This document shows, piece by piece, positions 28,933-38,891 of a stretch of DNA of 64,000 nucleotides (its first letter is position 1; every line of letters starts with the position of its first letter). The translations under genes were made by a program, and so were the position numbers. The stretch is from a virus (Duplodnaviria; Caudoviricetes), in the IMG/VR virus record IMGVR_UViG_3300028634_000502, positions 1 to 64,000 of that record; one strand, written 5' to 3'. Under the pieces are notes generated by a model. It worked only from the letters and a program-made list of their open reading frames with translations, did not search any database and had not been told where the DNA came from.

Positions 28933-30085
28933 ATAATTCAGCCGCCTTTCTCAAATTTGTGTACATATTGACATTCTCCCAGGGGAACAGACTCGAATTA
29001 AAATGTCCGTAAACCGCTGTATCGGAATAGATCGAATTTCTTAAGTGTAGTTTTTCAATGATTGCAGCAGGTCTTAGGTTAAAAACTTCCTGCACAATAT
29101 TGGCAAGCTGATCATCGGTGATTTTGCCTGTACCAAAGGAAGTCACATCAACCGCCACAGGGTTTGCCTTTCCTATGGCATAAGAAAGAGCGACCTCACA
29201 TTTTTCTGCAAGACCGCTCCAAACAATATTCTTCGCAATGTAACGTGCCATATAGACACCACTTCGGTCAACCTTGGTCGGGTCCTTGCCGCAAAGGGCA
29301 CCTCCGCCATGGGATGCAAGTCCTCCATAGGTGTCGACCATGATTTTTCTGCCGGTTAAACCTGTGTCGGCAGCGGGACCACCTTCGACAAATCTTCCGG
29401 AGGGGTTAATAAGAATTTCGGTACCATCATCAAATGGAAAATCCTCAAAGCACTGCCAAAGTACATTATTTCGGATATCCGAACTCAGTTCTTCCTGGGT
29501 TTTATCTTTATCATGCTGGATTGAAACTACAATTGTTTTTACACGTCTTGGCTTACCATCCTCATACTCTACTGTTACCTGTGCTTTACCATCTGGTAAA
29601 ATTCCTTTGATAAGTTTTCCTTTGCGACAGTCATCAATACGCTTTACGATACGATGAGAAAGCACAAGTGGGAGGGGAAGGTTCTTACTGGTTTCGTTTG
29701 TTGCATAACCGTAAACCGTACCTTGGTCCCCAGCTCCTATAGAACCATATGGGTCAGTAATACCATTTCGCACTTCAAGTGCAGTATCTATACCTGCCGC
29801 AATGTCTGAACTTTGATGATGTACGAACACAAATACTGTGAACTTCCACGGATTATATCCAACCTCTCGAAGTACATTTTTTACGATGAAACGGATATCC
29901 ACTTTACCGCTGCAGGTGATTTCGCCCGCCACGATAATTTTTCCTTTAGTAGCCATGACCTCACATGCCACGCGGGAAGCTTTATCCTTACGCAAGCAAG
30001 CATCCAGAATATTATCAGCAATGAGGTCACAAAGCTTATCCGGATGCCCAGCGCAAACACTTTCTGCTGTTTTATAAGTAATCAT
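28907..30085 (-). CDS. metK: S-adenosylmethionine synthetase
   Basis: ESVCAGHPDK, GAGDQG, GLTGRKI, KDPTKVDRS. Confidence 0.95.
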   Translation of the reverse strand: MITYKTAESVCAGHPDKLCDLIADNILDACLRKDKASRVACEVMATKGKIIVAGEITCSGKVDIRFIVKNVLREVGYNPWKFTVFVFVHHQSSDIAAGIDTALEVRNGITDPYGSIGAGDQGTVYGYATNETSKNLPLPLVLSHRIVKRIDDCRKGKLIKGILPDGKAQVTVEYEDGKPRRVKTIVVSIQHDKDKTQEELSSDIRNNVLWQCFEDFPFDDGTEILINPSGRFVEGGPAADTGLTGRKIMVDTYGGLASHGGGALCGKDPTKVDRSGVYMARYIAKNIVWSGLAEKCEVALSYAIGKANPVAVDVTSFGTGKITDDQLANIVQEVFNLRPAAIIEKLHLRNSIYSDTAVYGHFNSSLFPWENVNMYTNLRKAAELYADRKTEN

Positions 30086-30103
30086 ATTTTTCTCCTATCT
30101 TAT

Positions 30104-30655
30104 TTATTTTCCCCGCCTTGCTGTGAGCAGACGTTCCATTACATCGTCCTGCGGGTTAGCACCACTGTACTCGCCAGTGCAGTTTTCTTTGACGATCTGG
30201 AATATCTCCATCCACAACCGGTTGGTTTGATTCATGTAATTCTGACCCATTGCCACATATGGACTTTGAATGGCATTACCCGTAGTTGGGTGTTTTGCTA
30301 AAAAGCCATATTCAGTTACCGCTTCCTCGCATTGAATCCAACGAGCCACGCTCATGGCATATCGCTCCAATAACTGCGGTGATACGAGAACGGCACACCC
30401 ACGTTCATTCAGCCACTGCCATGTGTTTCTGTAGATTTCTCCTGCAACCAGTGCTTTGCCGTCTTTTTGTATAGCCTCAAGCATTTTATTAGGTTCAGGC
30501 ATTTCAAGGCCTTTAAGGTCTGCAGTATCATTAAATTCCATCACGGTCAGTTTCCTGCCTCCCGGATTGCCTTCAGCGATTTTGTCAGCCAGTGGTTTCT
30601 TTTTCGCACCTGCACCGACACGGGCGCCACCTCGATTTGTACCGTCTTTTGCCAT
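30104..30655 (-). CDS. Terminase small subunit (P27 family)
   Basis: RGGARVGAG..HPTTGNAIQSPYV. Confidence 0.85.
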   Translation of the reverse strand: MAKDGTNRGGARVGAGAKKKPLADKIAEGNPGGRKLTVMEFNDTADLKGLEMPEPNKMLEAIQKDGKALVAGEIYRNTWQWLNERGCAVLVSPQLLERYAMSVARWIQCEEAVTEYGFLAKHPTTGNAIQSPYVAMGQNYMNQTNRLWMEIFQIVKENCTGEYSGANPQDDVMERLLTARRGK

Positions 30656-30659
30656 TTAA

Positions 30660-30775
30660 TCACCTCACTTTACAGGGCCCAGGCTATTCCCTCATTTGAA
30701 ACCGCATTTTTTCACACGAAGCCCCACGCCGCTGTCCGCTTTAAAAAGTTTTAGAGATTTGACCGCCCCCACCGG
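30660..30775 (-). other. Probable cos packaging region
   Basis: GC-rich GGGGCGGTC..TCTCT..CGGCGTGGGG between HNH and terS, the usual cos position in HK97-like phages. Confidence 0.45.
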
Positions 30776-31119
30776 TCACCGCTCTCAGCAGTGATTCTTG
30801 AGTGGCAGGACTTACAAAGAGCCATGAGGTTGCTCCTTTCATTGCCTCCGCCTTTGGAGAGCGGGAGGATGTGGTGAACCTCTTCAGCTGGAGTGATCTT
30901 TCCTTGTTTCTCACACTCCTCGCAGAGAGGATGCGACTTGATGTAGCGGTCACGGATACGCTTCCAAGCACGACCATATCTCTTATTGGAAGCAGGGTCA
31001 CGTTCATATTGGTTGTAATGTTTGTCCATTGCTTTTTGATGCTCGGCGCAGTATTGCTCACGTTCAGCAAGCCGACCGCAGCCGGGGTAAGCACATGGAC
31101 GCTTAGGTTTGTATGGCAT
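30751..31119 (-). CDS. HNH endonuclease (terminase-associated)
   Basis: CEEC..EEVHHI..NLMALCKSCH. Confidence 0.9.
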   Translation of the reverse strand: MPYKPKRPCAYPGCGRLAEREQYCAEHQKAMDKHYNQYERDPASNKRYGRAWKRIRDRYIKSHPLCEECEKQGKITPAEEVHHILPLSKGGGNERSNLMALCKSCHSRITAESGDRWGRSNL

Positions 31120-31260
31120 CGTTTCACCTCGCTTTCTGGGCATAGAAAAAGCCCTGCAGGACGAACCCACAAGGCTTGGCATCAATTCTATTTTGCTGAT
31201 TATATAATAACATAAATGCAACTGTGGTATCTTGTTGCAAAGTGTTGCAAAACGTGCAAA

Positions 31261-31686
31261 CTATATTTTAATAGGATCTTCTGGAAGAGTCACATGGTTA
31301 AGAGCTGCATTATGCCACCTGTAAACCGTTGTTCTGTCTGCATTAAGTTCATCACCAATTTGCTCCCAGGTGAAGTTATGCACATACCGATACCGGAGAA
31401 CCATGCGTTCATCAGTGTCAGCAACCTCGTTAATAACACACCTTATCTGCTCTTTGAGTGCTACAAGGTTATCCACCTCGGCATTTATCTTACTTTCCAA
31501 ATCCATAATACGCTCTAAACATCTTACAAACTTGGCATCTGTATTTCTTGAGGTCTGCACCTTTTCATCCCAGCTTGGTGATGATACACTTGTTGCCATT
31601 TCTCTGAGGCACTCCATCTCTTCGATGTCAGATTGTATTCTTTTATCCAGCCTATAAGCCTGGTGTAAATATTCCTTTACTTTCAC
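31261..31686 (-). CDS. DUF1492/RinA-like late transcriptional activator
   Basis: VLRYRY..WEQIGDEL..VYRWHNAAL. Confidence 0.8.
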   Translation of the reverse strand: MKVKEYLHQAYRLDKRIQSDIEEMECLREMATSVSSPSWDEKVQTSRNTDAKFVRCLERIMDLESKINAEVDNLVALKEQIRCVINEVADTDERMVLRYRYVHNFTWEQIGDELNADRTTVYRWHNAALNHVTLPEDPIKI

Positions 31687-31907
31687 GTTCTTCTTACCTC
31701 CGATCTTAGATTTTTGATTAGGAAATTCCCATCAACAGAGGTAAGTTCTCTATACCAATCAGAATGGAAGAACCTCTCCACCTCGGATATCATGTCCTTC
31801 GCAGGATCATAGCGGGGACGTTTTTTCAGTTTTTTTAGTGCATCCCTATAATCCTTGACAGCTTGCAGAATAATGGCGTTTGCAAGTTGCTCATAAGGGT
31901 CGGTCAT
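31683..31907 (-). CDS. Conserved phage hypothetical protein
   Basis: LANAIILQAVKDY..ERFFHSDW. Confidence 0.8.
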   Translation of the reverse strand: MTDPYEQLANAIILQAVKDYRDALKKLKKRPRYDPAKDMISEVERFFHSDWYRELTSVDGNFLIKNLRSEVRRT

Positions 31908-33261
31908 CGCACCACCTCCAATTTTGCTTTTACTGCATCAATTAAAGAGGTTTGTGTTTTTTCTTTTCTTGTAAGTGCAGCCATAACATCTTCATCTATG
32001 GTATCCTTGGCAATGATGTGGTGTATCACAACCGTTTCATTTTGACCTTGCCTGTAAAGGCGGGCATTGGTTTGCTGATACAACTCCAAAGACCAGGTAA
32101 GTCCAAACCATATAAGGGTAGAACCACCGCTTTGAAGATTAAGTCCGTGTCCTGCACTTGCCGGATGAATAGCGGCTATGGGGATATCGCCGTTATTCCA
32201 ATCCTCAATATCTTTCGATGTCTTTATCTGCCTAGCAGGAAACCGCTTCTGGATACGCTCCAGGTCATGCTTATACCAGTAGGCAACAAGCACCGATTTT
32301 CCGTTAGCTCCTTCAACCAAGTCCTCTAAGGCATCCAGCTTTCTGTCATGAATAAGATGAGCCTTATTTTTATCATCATAAACAGCACCATTGGCCATCT
32401 GCAGGAGTTTGCCGGAAAGAACTGCCGCATTTACTGCATCAATTTCTTCATCACCTAAATTAGCAACCATCTCATCTCGAAAATCAGAATAAATACTCCA
32501 TTCCTTTTCATTCAGATACACAGGCACCTCATTTATGACGCATTCAGGCATTTTAAGATAATCTGCAGACTTCATGGATATCGTAATATCAGATATTTGG
32601 CTGTATATCCTATCTTCAGCACCCGGCAGCGGCTTATATGAAAAGATAATCTCAGCATTACGCTTATCCGGCACAAAGTAGGCACTTCGGTAGTGGGTTA
32701 TGTACCTTCCAAGCCTTTCACCTAAATCAAGGACACGAAACTCTGCCCATAAATCCATAAGTCCGTTACTTGAAGGTGTCCCCGTAAGGCCTACAATCCT
32801 TTTTACAGATGGCCTTACTTTCAATAGGCTTTTAAATCTCTTTGCACCGTAGGACTTAAAAGAAGATAACTCATCAACGACAACCATATCGAAGTCAAAG
32901 GGGATACCGCTCTTGTTAACAAGCCAGTCTACATTTTCACGGTTGATGATATAAAGGGTGGCTCTTTTCATTAGAGCATTGATTCTTTCTTTTTCCGTTC
33001 CTACAGCCACAGAGTAAGATAAGCCTTTGAGGTGATCCCACTTTTTTATTTCCGCAGTCCATGTTTGAGATGCAACTCTTAATGGCGCAATCACAAGAAC
33101 CTTTCTTATTTCAAATTTATCAAGGCATAGGTCAAACAATGCAGTAAGAGTGATTGCTGTCTTTCCTAACCTAAGCCCATATCAAGGAATATTGCAGTTA
33201 TTGGCTTGCTCTCGATAAAATCAATCGCATACTGCTGATAATCATGTGGTATGAACTTCAT
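31904..33261 (-). CDS. SNF2-family helicase interrupted by a 5-nt insertion in Walker A (pseudogene or recoded)
   Basis: MKFIPHDYQ..LDMGLG-TAG then GKTAIT in another frame; DELS, LTGTP, GHGLNLQ, ARLYRQGQ. Confidence 0.88.
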
Positions 33262-33545
33262 TCGGCATCACCTCCCATCTCTTTTAGCACTTCCTCTATC
33301 TGCTCTACGCCATCAATGCAGTAAACTAAAAAACCTAACGCTTCCAGTTGCCTTTTTCGTCTTACTTGTAGAGGACGCATCATTTTGCCCGGTGCTTTTA
33401 ATTCAACAAATGCAATTCTGCCCATAGGAAGTAGCACAAGGCGGTCTGGCATGCCATTAAACCCAGGACTTACAAACTTCGGGGCAATGCCTCCCATGTT
33501 TTTAACTGCTGCTATCAGTTTTTGCTCTATATATTTTTCTTGCAT
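33258..33545 (-). CDS. VRR-NUC nuclease
   Basis: GMPDRLVL..FVELKAPG..RPLQ. Confidence 0.9.
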   Translation of the reverse strand: MQEKYIEQKLIAAVKNMGGIAPKFVSPGFNGMPDRLVLLPMGRIAFVELKAPGKMMRPLQVRRKRQLEALGFLVYCIDGVEQIEEVLKEMGGDAE

Positions 33546-33564
33546 AATGTCCTCCATTTCTTAC

Positions 33565-33855
33565 TTAAGAACAACCGGCACAACTTTGAACGATTTTTCC
33601 TATACGCGCGCATATACACGCTCACGATGCTTTACTACTACTATTTTCATTATTTATATCTAAGTAGTAAAAGTCTTGTTCCTGTTATTCCCGCTAAGCC
33701 GAAGTATCGATATTTGCTACGGTTTCAAGAAAACAACTATAGGAAACAACTAAAGAACAAGGAACTACCTTTATCTTTTTCGCTCGTAACAACGTTGCTT
33801 GCCGTAAATCGGAAAATTGCTTGTTCCGTTCTTGTTCCCGGTGTACTTGTTCCAA
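33565..33855. other. Putative replication origin
   Basis: TTGTTCC/GAACAA repeats, AT-rich tract and alternating purine-pyrimidine run at end of primase gene. Confidence 0.45.
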
Positions 33856-36128
33856 TCACCAATCTTCTTCATAATGCCTGCGATGGCATAAGAGTCTGCA
33901 GGTTTCATGGCTGCCGCATCCTTGCCGAAACACTCGCACCAGATTTCCATATTGCAAACAAGGGTACGTTCTACCGTACCGACATGAGATTCTCCGCCAA
34001 ATTCACTACCGTTCAGGAAGTTTCTACGCTCATAAGCTGACATGGTATCCCAGTTTTCCGGCAAAAGGGTATCAAGATAAGTACGAACCAGTCCTTCACG
34101 CTCATCGCTTTCCATGGCATCATCCTGCTCACTGGCAGCTAAATGCACGTCATCACCTTCAAGGTAGAGTTTTTCGCCCTTCTCATAAAGCACCAGTGTT
34201 TCTGCCCATATCTGCTCAACATCATAAACAGACATCTGCCAGGCTTTCTTCTTACCGTTACCACTGATACGAACAGGCCAGAACCGTCTGTTGCCCGTAA
34301 TATCTCGAAGAAATCCACTCTCTGCATTGGTAGAACCTACAATTACACACTGGCGGGGATGGCTCTCCACATTGACGCCGTAGCTGGCACGGTACTTATC
34401 ATCACACCTTGATATAAAGGACTTCACAACTTCCACATCGGTCTTACGCATTCCGGCAAGCTCCCCAAGTTCCAGCATCCAATATCCCTGCAGTTTTTCG
34501 GGACCGGCTTTATCTTTCATATCCGTTAGGGTCAAGCTGTCGGAGAACCAGTCTCCTGCAAGTTTTGCAAAGAAGGTTGATTTACCGATTCCTTGGGGAC
34601 CGTTAAGGATAAGTACACTGTCAAACTTAGTTCCTGGATGATAAATGCGTGCTACCGCAGCAACCATCGTCTTTCTTGTAACAGCCCTTGTATAGGAATT
34701 GTCCGTTGCTCCAAAATAATCAACAAGTAAGGCTTCAACTCTGTCGATACCATCCCACTCCGGCAAGTTGTCGAGATATTCTTTTATAGGATGATAGGCT
34801 CGCTCCGCTGCCACTGCAAGAATCGCATCTTTCGTCTTAGTTGGGGAGTAGACCCCATATTTATTGGATACATAAACCTTTAAGGCAGCATTGTCCGAGT
34901 CATTCCACCCTTCTTTCATCTGGCTCCAAGGCAGGCCATTTCTTGCATCAATACCATCGCGGTGTTTGTTAAAGGCAAGTGACTGCAGTTCTGGGTCATT
35001 TCGGATTATAAGGACGATGTTGTCGAGGGTGTCCTTAATCTTGCCTTGTTTATCAAGTTCAAGTGCCGTCTGCCAAGTGTCCTCAGTAAATTCAGCCGTT
35101 GCCTGATCCATACGCTCATTGGCAAACTGAGCCTTTACTTCATCGTCCTTTATGGCAAATTCGCACATGGCAACATAGGACGGCAGCTTGCTCGGAGATG
35201 TGCTCTCCGATGCCCTGTCATCCAAATTGCCAAACTTATGAATACGAACAAGGTCAAAGGCATTAAGTAACCTTCCGCTTGCAGGATCTGTCGCGTGGTG
35301 GGAATAAGCAAACTTATCATCATAGATAATGACACCGGCACTTGAGTCGGCAGGCATATAATCGTACCTGCCTGTCATTGCTGACGGTTCATATACATCC
35401 TCCAGAAACTTATCAATCGCATCTGTTACTGAATAGGTACGGCAGAAAGTGCCGACCACACCTTCCTTGGAAAGCGGGTCAGCTTGTTCTTTTAATGAAC
35501 GTTCTATTACCTCTGATTGCCTTGAGGATACAGGCCATGTGCTTGTGTCATGCCAATCATCATATTTATTAAGAAACACTTCCGGGTCAAGGAGTGAGCC
35601 GTCTTTTTCTTCATATACAAACTCGCCATTTCTTGATGTTGATGGCCAATACATCAGTCTTTCTGGCTCATAGGTAGTGTCGTCAAAAAGGTCAATGCCT
35701 ACCTCCTTTGCTACCATACGGCTGATTGCGGCATATTCTTCCTCTCCCACATCGCGGGATAGGGGAATGATCAGCCTAAGTCTTGGTTTTTCCAGGGTAT
35801 GCTTATGTGTGGAATAAATACAGCACTTATATGGGAAGAAAGTGCAGAGTTCACCCCATATACTGCTTGTGCCATAGTCCATATCAAGGGTTAGCATGGA
35901 GCGTGACAGCACATTGCCTTTTTTTCGTCTGCCGTCTTTTAAGTGACCACCGACAAAACCGCCGACATCTTTGATTGAATCCTGCCCACCCTTTTTCATC
36001 TTTCGGTATTCTTCCACGGTTTCGGTGGTACGCTGTGTGGTCTTAACACGAGAGCAAAAATCTTCCCAGCTGATATCAGTGTTCTTCCACTTTTTATCCA
36101 TTCGGCTGTTGCCGTATGCTATCTTCAT
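33771..36128 (-). CDS. Primase-helicase (virulence-associated E family)
   Basis: LTLDMD, YSTHKH, GPQGIGKST, TGNRRFWP. Confidence 0.92.
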   Translation of the reverse strand: MKIAYGNSRMDKKWKNTDISWEDFCSRVKTTQRTTETVEEYRKMKKGGQDSIKDVGGFVGGHLKDGRRKKGNVLSRSMLTLDMDYGTSSIWGELCTFFPYKCCIYSTHKHTLEKPRLRLIIPLSRDVGEEEYAAISRMVAKEVGIDLFDDTTYEPERLMYWPSTSRNGEFVYEEKDGSLLDPEVFLNKYDDWHDTSTWPVSSRQSEVIERSLKEQADPLSKEGVVGTFCRTYSVTDAIDKFLEDVYEPSAMTGRYDYMPADSSAGVIIYDDKFAYSHHATDPASGRLLNAFDLVRIHKFGNLDDRASESTSPSKLPSYVAMCEFAIKDDEVKAQFANERMDQATAEFTEDTWQTALELDKQGKIKDTLDNIVLIIRNDPELQSLAFNKHRDGIDARNGLPWSQMKEGWNDSDNAALKVYVSNKYGVYSPTKTKDAILAVAAERAYHPIKEYLDNLPEWDGIDRVEALLVDYFGATDNSYTRAVTRKTMVAAVARIYHPGTKFDSVLILNGPQGIGKSTFFAKLAGDWFSDSLTLTDMKDKAGPEKLQGYWMLELGELAGMRKTDVEVVKSFISRCDDKYRASYGVNVESHPRQCVIVGSTNAESGFLRDITGNRRFWPVRISGNGKKKAWQMSVYDVEQIWAETLVLYEKGEKLYLEGDDVHLAASEQDDAMESDEREGLVRTYLDTLLPENWDTMSAYERRNFLNGSEFGGESHVGTVERTLVCNMEIWCECFGKDAAAMKPADSYAIAGIMKKIGDWNKYTGNKNGTSNFPIYGKQRCYERKR

Positions 36129-36556
36129 AGAGCCTCTACCTCCTCAAAATTTCTATTGAAATATCTGACCAGCTGTCTGCGTTTTCTTGCCTTTTCAATT
36201 TCAATGCTCATACCCCTCGAAATATCATCACCAAGCACCCACACCTCCTGACATTTACCCATAAGGATGATATCCATGAAAATAGCGAGGTCACGCTCTT
36301 TCTCGTTGCTGTCATCCATGAAAGGGAATAGAAGGTGTGGGGTCAGTGGGATACATCCACAATTAAAAGCAAATTCTGCAAAACGAGTGGCTTTTAATGT
36401 GTTTTCCGTAATAGCACCATTAAAAGGGGCGCATATATAAACCAAAGGACGGAAGGCGGTTTTTGATGCCGCCTTGTCCGCTCTTTCAATATTGGTAAGT
36501 GCTTGATATGGCACTAAGTCCATGTAACCTTCAGAGTTTTTTATATCAATTCCCAT
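36125..36556 (-). CDS. DUF4406-like protein
   Basis: PLVYICAPF..PHLLFP..EVWVLG..SRGM..EI. Confidence 0.8.
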   Translation of the reverse strand: MGIDIKNSEGYMDLVPYQALTNIERADKAASKTAFRPLVYICAPFNGAITENTLKATRFAEFAFNCGCIPLTPHLLFPFMDDSNEKERDLAIFMDIILMGKCQEVWVLGDDISRGMSIEIEKARKRRQLVRYFNRNFEEVEAL

Positions 36557-37400
36557 AACACACCTCCATCTCAATTTGCGGATAGAAACCGTCAGCCTTT
36601 AGCTGTTCATAGATAAAGAGTCTGCCTTTTTGCGTCCACTTTGTGTGAACCTTGGTGTGTTCAAAACCATTACCATCTTCATAAACATGGGTATTGGTTC
36701 TTGTATAACCTTTGTCTGCGTGTTTCTGATATAAAAGCCAGGTATCACTTTGCTTAAATTGAATGCCCTTGTCATGGAGATACTCATTCATGCGAATGCC
36801 GCTCCAGCCATAGTCCTTGGCAATAACAGAGATGTTTACGGCATCCTTACATTTGAGAACCACATCGTAATAGGTGGCTTTCGGTTTCATCTCAGCAATC
36901 TGCTGTTGTTGAACTGCAACTGCTGCCGTAAGGGTTTTATTTCTTTCACGTTCTTCTTTAAGAGCAGTAAATGCAGCAATAGCAAGGTCGGGATTGGCAA
37001 TTAATTCATCAGTTGCATAAATACCATGCTTGCGAATTGCAGGAAGCACCTCGCTTGTAACCCAACGCTTGAACCTGTGCAGCTTATCGATTCTAGCTTT
37101 AACCTCGATGGGGTACGCATCTGACACTCCACCATTGTTTGCCTTTTGTGGCTGCATTGTAAAAAGCAGAGAATATAGACCACTCTCATTTATGAAAATG
37201 GCCGTTTGCGTTCTTCCAAGAGAATCAATAATCTCTTCCTCTATTTTATCTTCATCATCCACACGGCTAATGCTCCTGTTATGGTTTTTATCTCCAAATA
37301 TTTGGCAGATATCTTTTCCAACAAACCAAGGTGCATCATTAATTAGCAGGCTCCTAACATCACCAAATTCTTGGCTGCTAAAAATTTGTAATTTGCTCAT
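36546..37400 (-). CDS. Phage antirepressor (Bro-N + KilAC)
   Basis: PWFVGKD, INESGLYSL, RWVTSEVLPAIRKHG, WTQKGR. Confidence 0.92.
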   Translation of the reverse strand: MSKLQIFSSQEFGDVRSLLINDAPWFVGKDICQIFGDKNHNRSISRVDDEDKIEEEIIDSLGRTQTAIFINESGLYSLLFTMQPQKANNGGVSDAYPIEVKARIDKLHRFKRWVTSEVLPAIRKHGIYATDELIANPDLAIAAFTALKEERERNKTLTAAVAVQQQQIAEMKPKATYYDVVLKCKDAVNISVIAKDYGWSGIRMNEYLHDKGIQFKQSDTWLLYQKHADKGYTRTNTHVYEDGNGFEHTKVHTKWTQKGRLFIYEQLKADGFYPQIEMEVCYGN

Positions 37401-37828
37401 TTTTCGCCTCCCGCTAATACTTGCTTCATAAAACTACACGCCATTTCCGAATCTCGCTCGATGCGTTTGGTTTCATCCAAAAGATAAATATCTTTAGGCA
37501 TTTCGTTTAGAACTTGTTGTAAGGAGATAGCAAACAATTCTGTATTTCCTCTTTGATAATCACTGAAATGTCGATGCAGTATTAGTTCATTTCCCCAGTA
37601 ATTTGTGTGTCCTTGGCTTAATGCCAAATCTCCAACAGCTGCGCTTCCATACCTTTCAGCCTGCCTCTTTAAAGCCATCAACCTACGATACGGATTCTTG
37701 GTGCTGCCGATTTTTACCGCATCACCCCACTCGAGGATGTAGAAGAAACCAATATAGTCACTGCTTCTTGACTTTTCGATCTCTTTCAAATGGCCAAACT
37801 CTGCATTTTTGTAAATTTGTAATTCCAC
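37397..37828 (-). CDS. T5orf172/GIY-YIG-like nuclease with antirepressor-like N-terminus
   Basis: FFYILE..VKIGSTKNPYRRL..ELILHRHF..ELF. Confidence 0.7.
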   Translation of the reverse strand: MELQIYKNAEFGHLKEIEKSRSSDYIGFFYILEWGDAVKIGSTKNPYRRLMALKRQAERYGSAAVGDLALSQGHTNYWGNELILHRHFSDYQRGNTELFAISLQQVLNEMPKDIYLLDETKRIERDSEMACSFMKQVLAGGEK

Positions 37829-37869
37829 TAGAATTACCTCCTTAATAATTTTTGGAGGTCTTGACCTCC

Positions 37870-37902
37870 TACCTGGTAGCCACAGGAGTTGGTCAAATCT
37901 GA
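37870..37902 (-). promoter_or_regulatory. Motif A copy 3, overlapping the sigma gene stop
   Basis: TACCTGGTAGCCA-N12-AAATCTGA. Confidence 0.7.
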
Positions 37903-38441
37903 TGGTTTTCTAAAAATTCTTTAAGTTTTTTCTCTGCACGCTTTAACTTTTGGCTGATGTTATTTTCGTCAGCATCGATAGAGCGAGCATATTCACGGAT
38001 TGGTATGCCATCAATGCGTACTGCGATGAACATATCCGCCCAATCTTTCTTTTTACCAAGTGCCTTATGTATCCATTGGCAAATATCTTCATACTCGTAG
38101 AGGCGATTACGCTCAGCCTCCTGTGAATCATCAGCGAAGGTATCCATTACATCCGTTTCATCTTCAGATTCATCATCCTTGCGATAAGGAGTCTTCGGAT
38201 CGCCAAGATGCCTATGAAACTTGCGCCAGTTGTTGTATTCCTTACTGTTCATAAGGTCTAACATTTCCTGTACAGTCTCACAACGCTTTACTTCTGCCTT
38301 CTTTTCTGGCCTTGCCTCTGCAAGACGCTGCTCATAGTCGATATCCAGCATGATGCTGTAATCATCATCCGGAATATCAATTGTGGTGTAGAACTTGTGG
38401 CCGTTTTTGATGTTTTCTTCGTACAAAACTCGAATCTTCAT
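37893..38441 (-). CDS. Sigma-70 region 4-like phage regulator
   Basis: C-terminal HTH IREYARSIDADENNISQKLKRAEKKL; start MKIRVLYE with AAAGGA RBS. Confidence 0.75.
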   Translation of the reverse strand: MKIRVLYEENIKNGHKFYTTIDIPDDDYSIMLDIDYEQRLAEARPEKKAEVKRCETVQEMLDLMNSKEYNNWRKFHRHLGDPKTPYRKDDESEDETDVMDTFADDSQEAERNRLYEYEDICQWIHKALGKKKDWADMFIAVRIDGIPIREYARSIDADENNISQKLKRAEKKLKEFLENHQI

Positions 38442-38454
38442 TAAGTATTCCTTT

Positions 38455-38636
38455 CCGTCCCGGCATTGGGCGGCGGAATACAAAAGAGCCTGCGGTGAAG
38501 ATGACCACAGACTCCGCTTGTCCTTAAAATGGGCGCACGAAATCACGGTGGGTGCATCTTCATTCCAAACACAGTCTTTATCACTGTGTTCTGAACTCTT
38601 ATGCATCCCGCCGTCCTAATGCGCATCTCGGACATT
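38455..38636 (-). ncRNA. Structured 5' leader RNA with terminator and alternative pairings
   Basis: Several stems read directly; terminator 38481-38514. Confidence 0.6.
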
Positions 38637-38891
38637 GAGATTTTATTGGTTTATAGAGAGAAAATTGATTTTTAGCGAGGAAAAATTCACATCCGCATAA
38701 AAAACTTTAGAGAATGTGTAGAAATTTACAAAATTTTCTGATATACTGGACTTGCTATAGATTTCCAATTTATTTCCTCGTAATCTCTTACTCTCTACTA
38801 TTAAACTTATAGTAGATACAGTTACCTGCAAGAGCCTTCAACGGTTACTTTAGTTGATATAGTTACTATTTTTTGAAAAGGAGGGCTATGG

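Noticed and set aside
38442-38606. 55-codon N-terminal extension of the sigma ORF
   Set aside because: Runs through the structured leader and terminator; the RBS supports ATG 38441. A leader-translation role is not excluded.
930-38619. Many + strand ORFs of 60-210 aa over the prophage (e.g. 4253..4882, 12062..12616, 33522..34040)
   Set aside because: Antisense shadows of well-supported minus-strand genes, with no recognisable motifs
38810-38870. GTTAC repeats between sigma and the 291-aa gene
   Set aside because: Possible operators but too short and irregular to support
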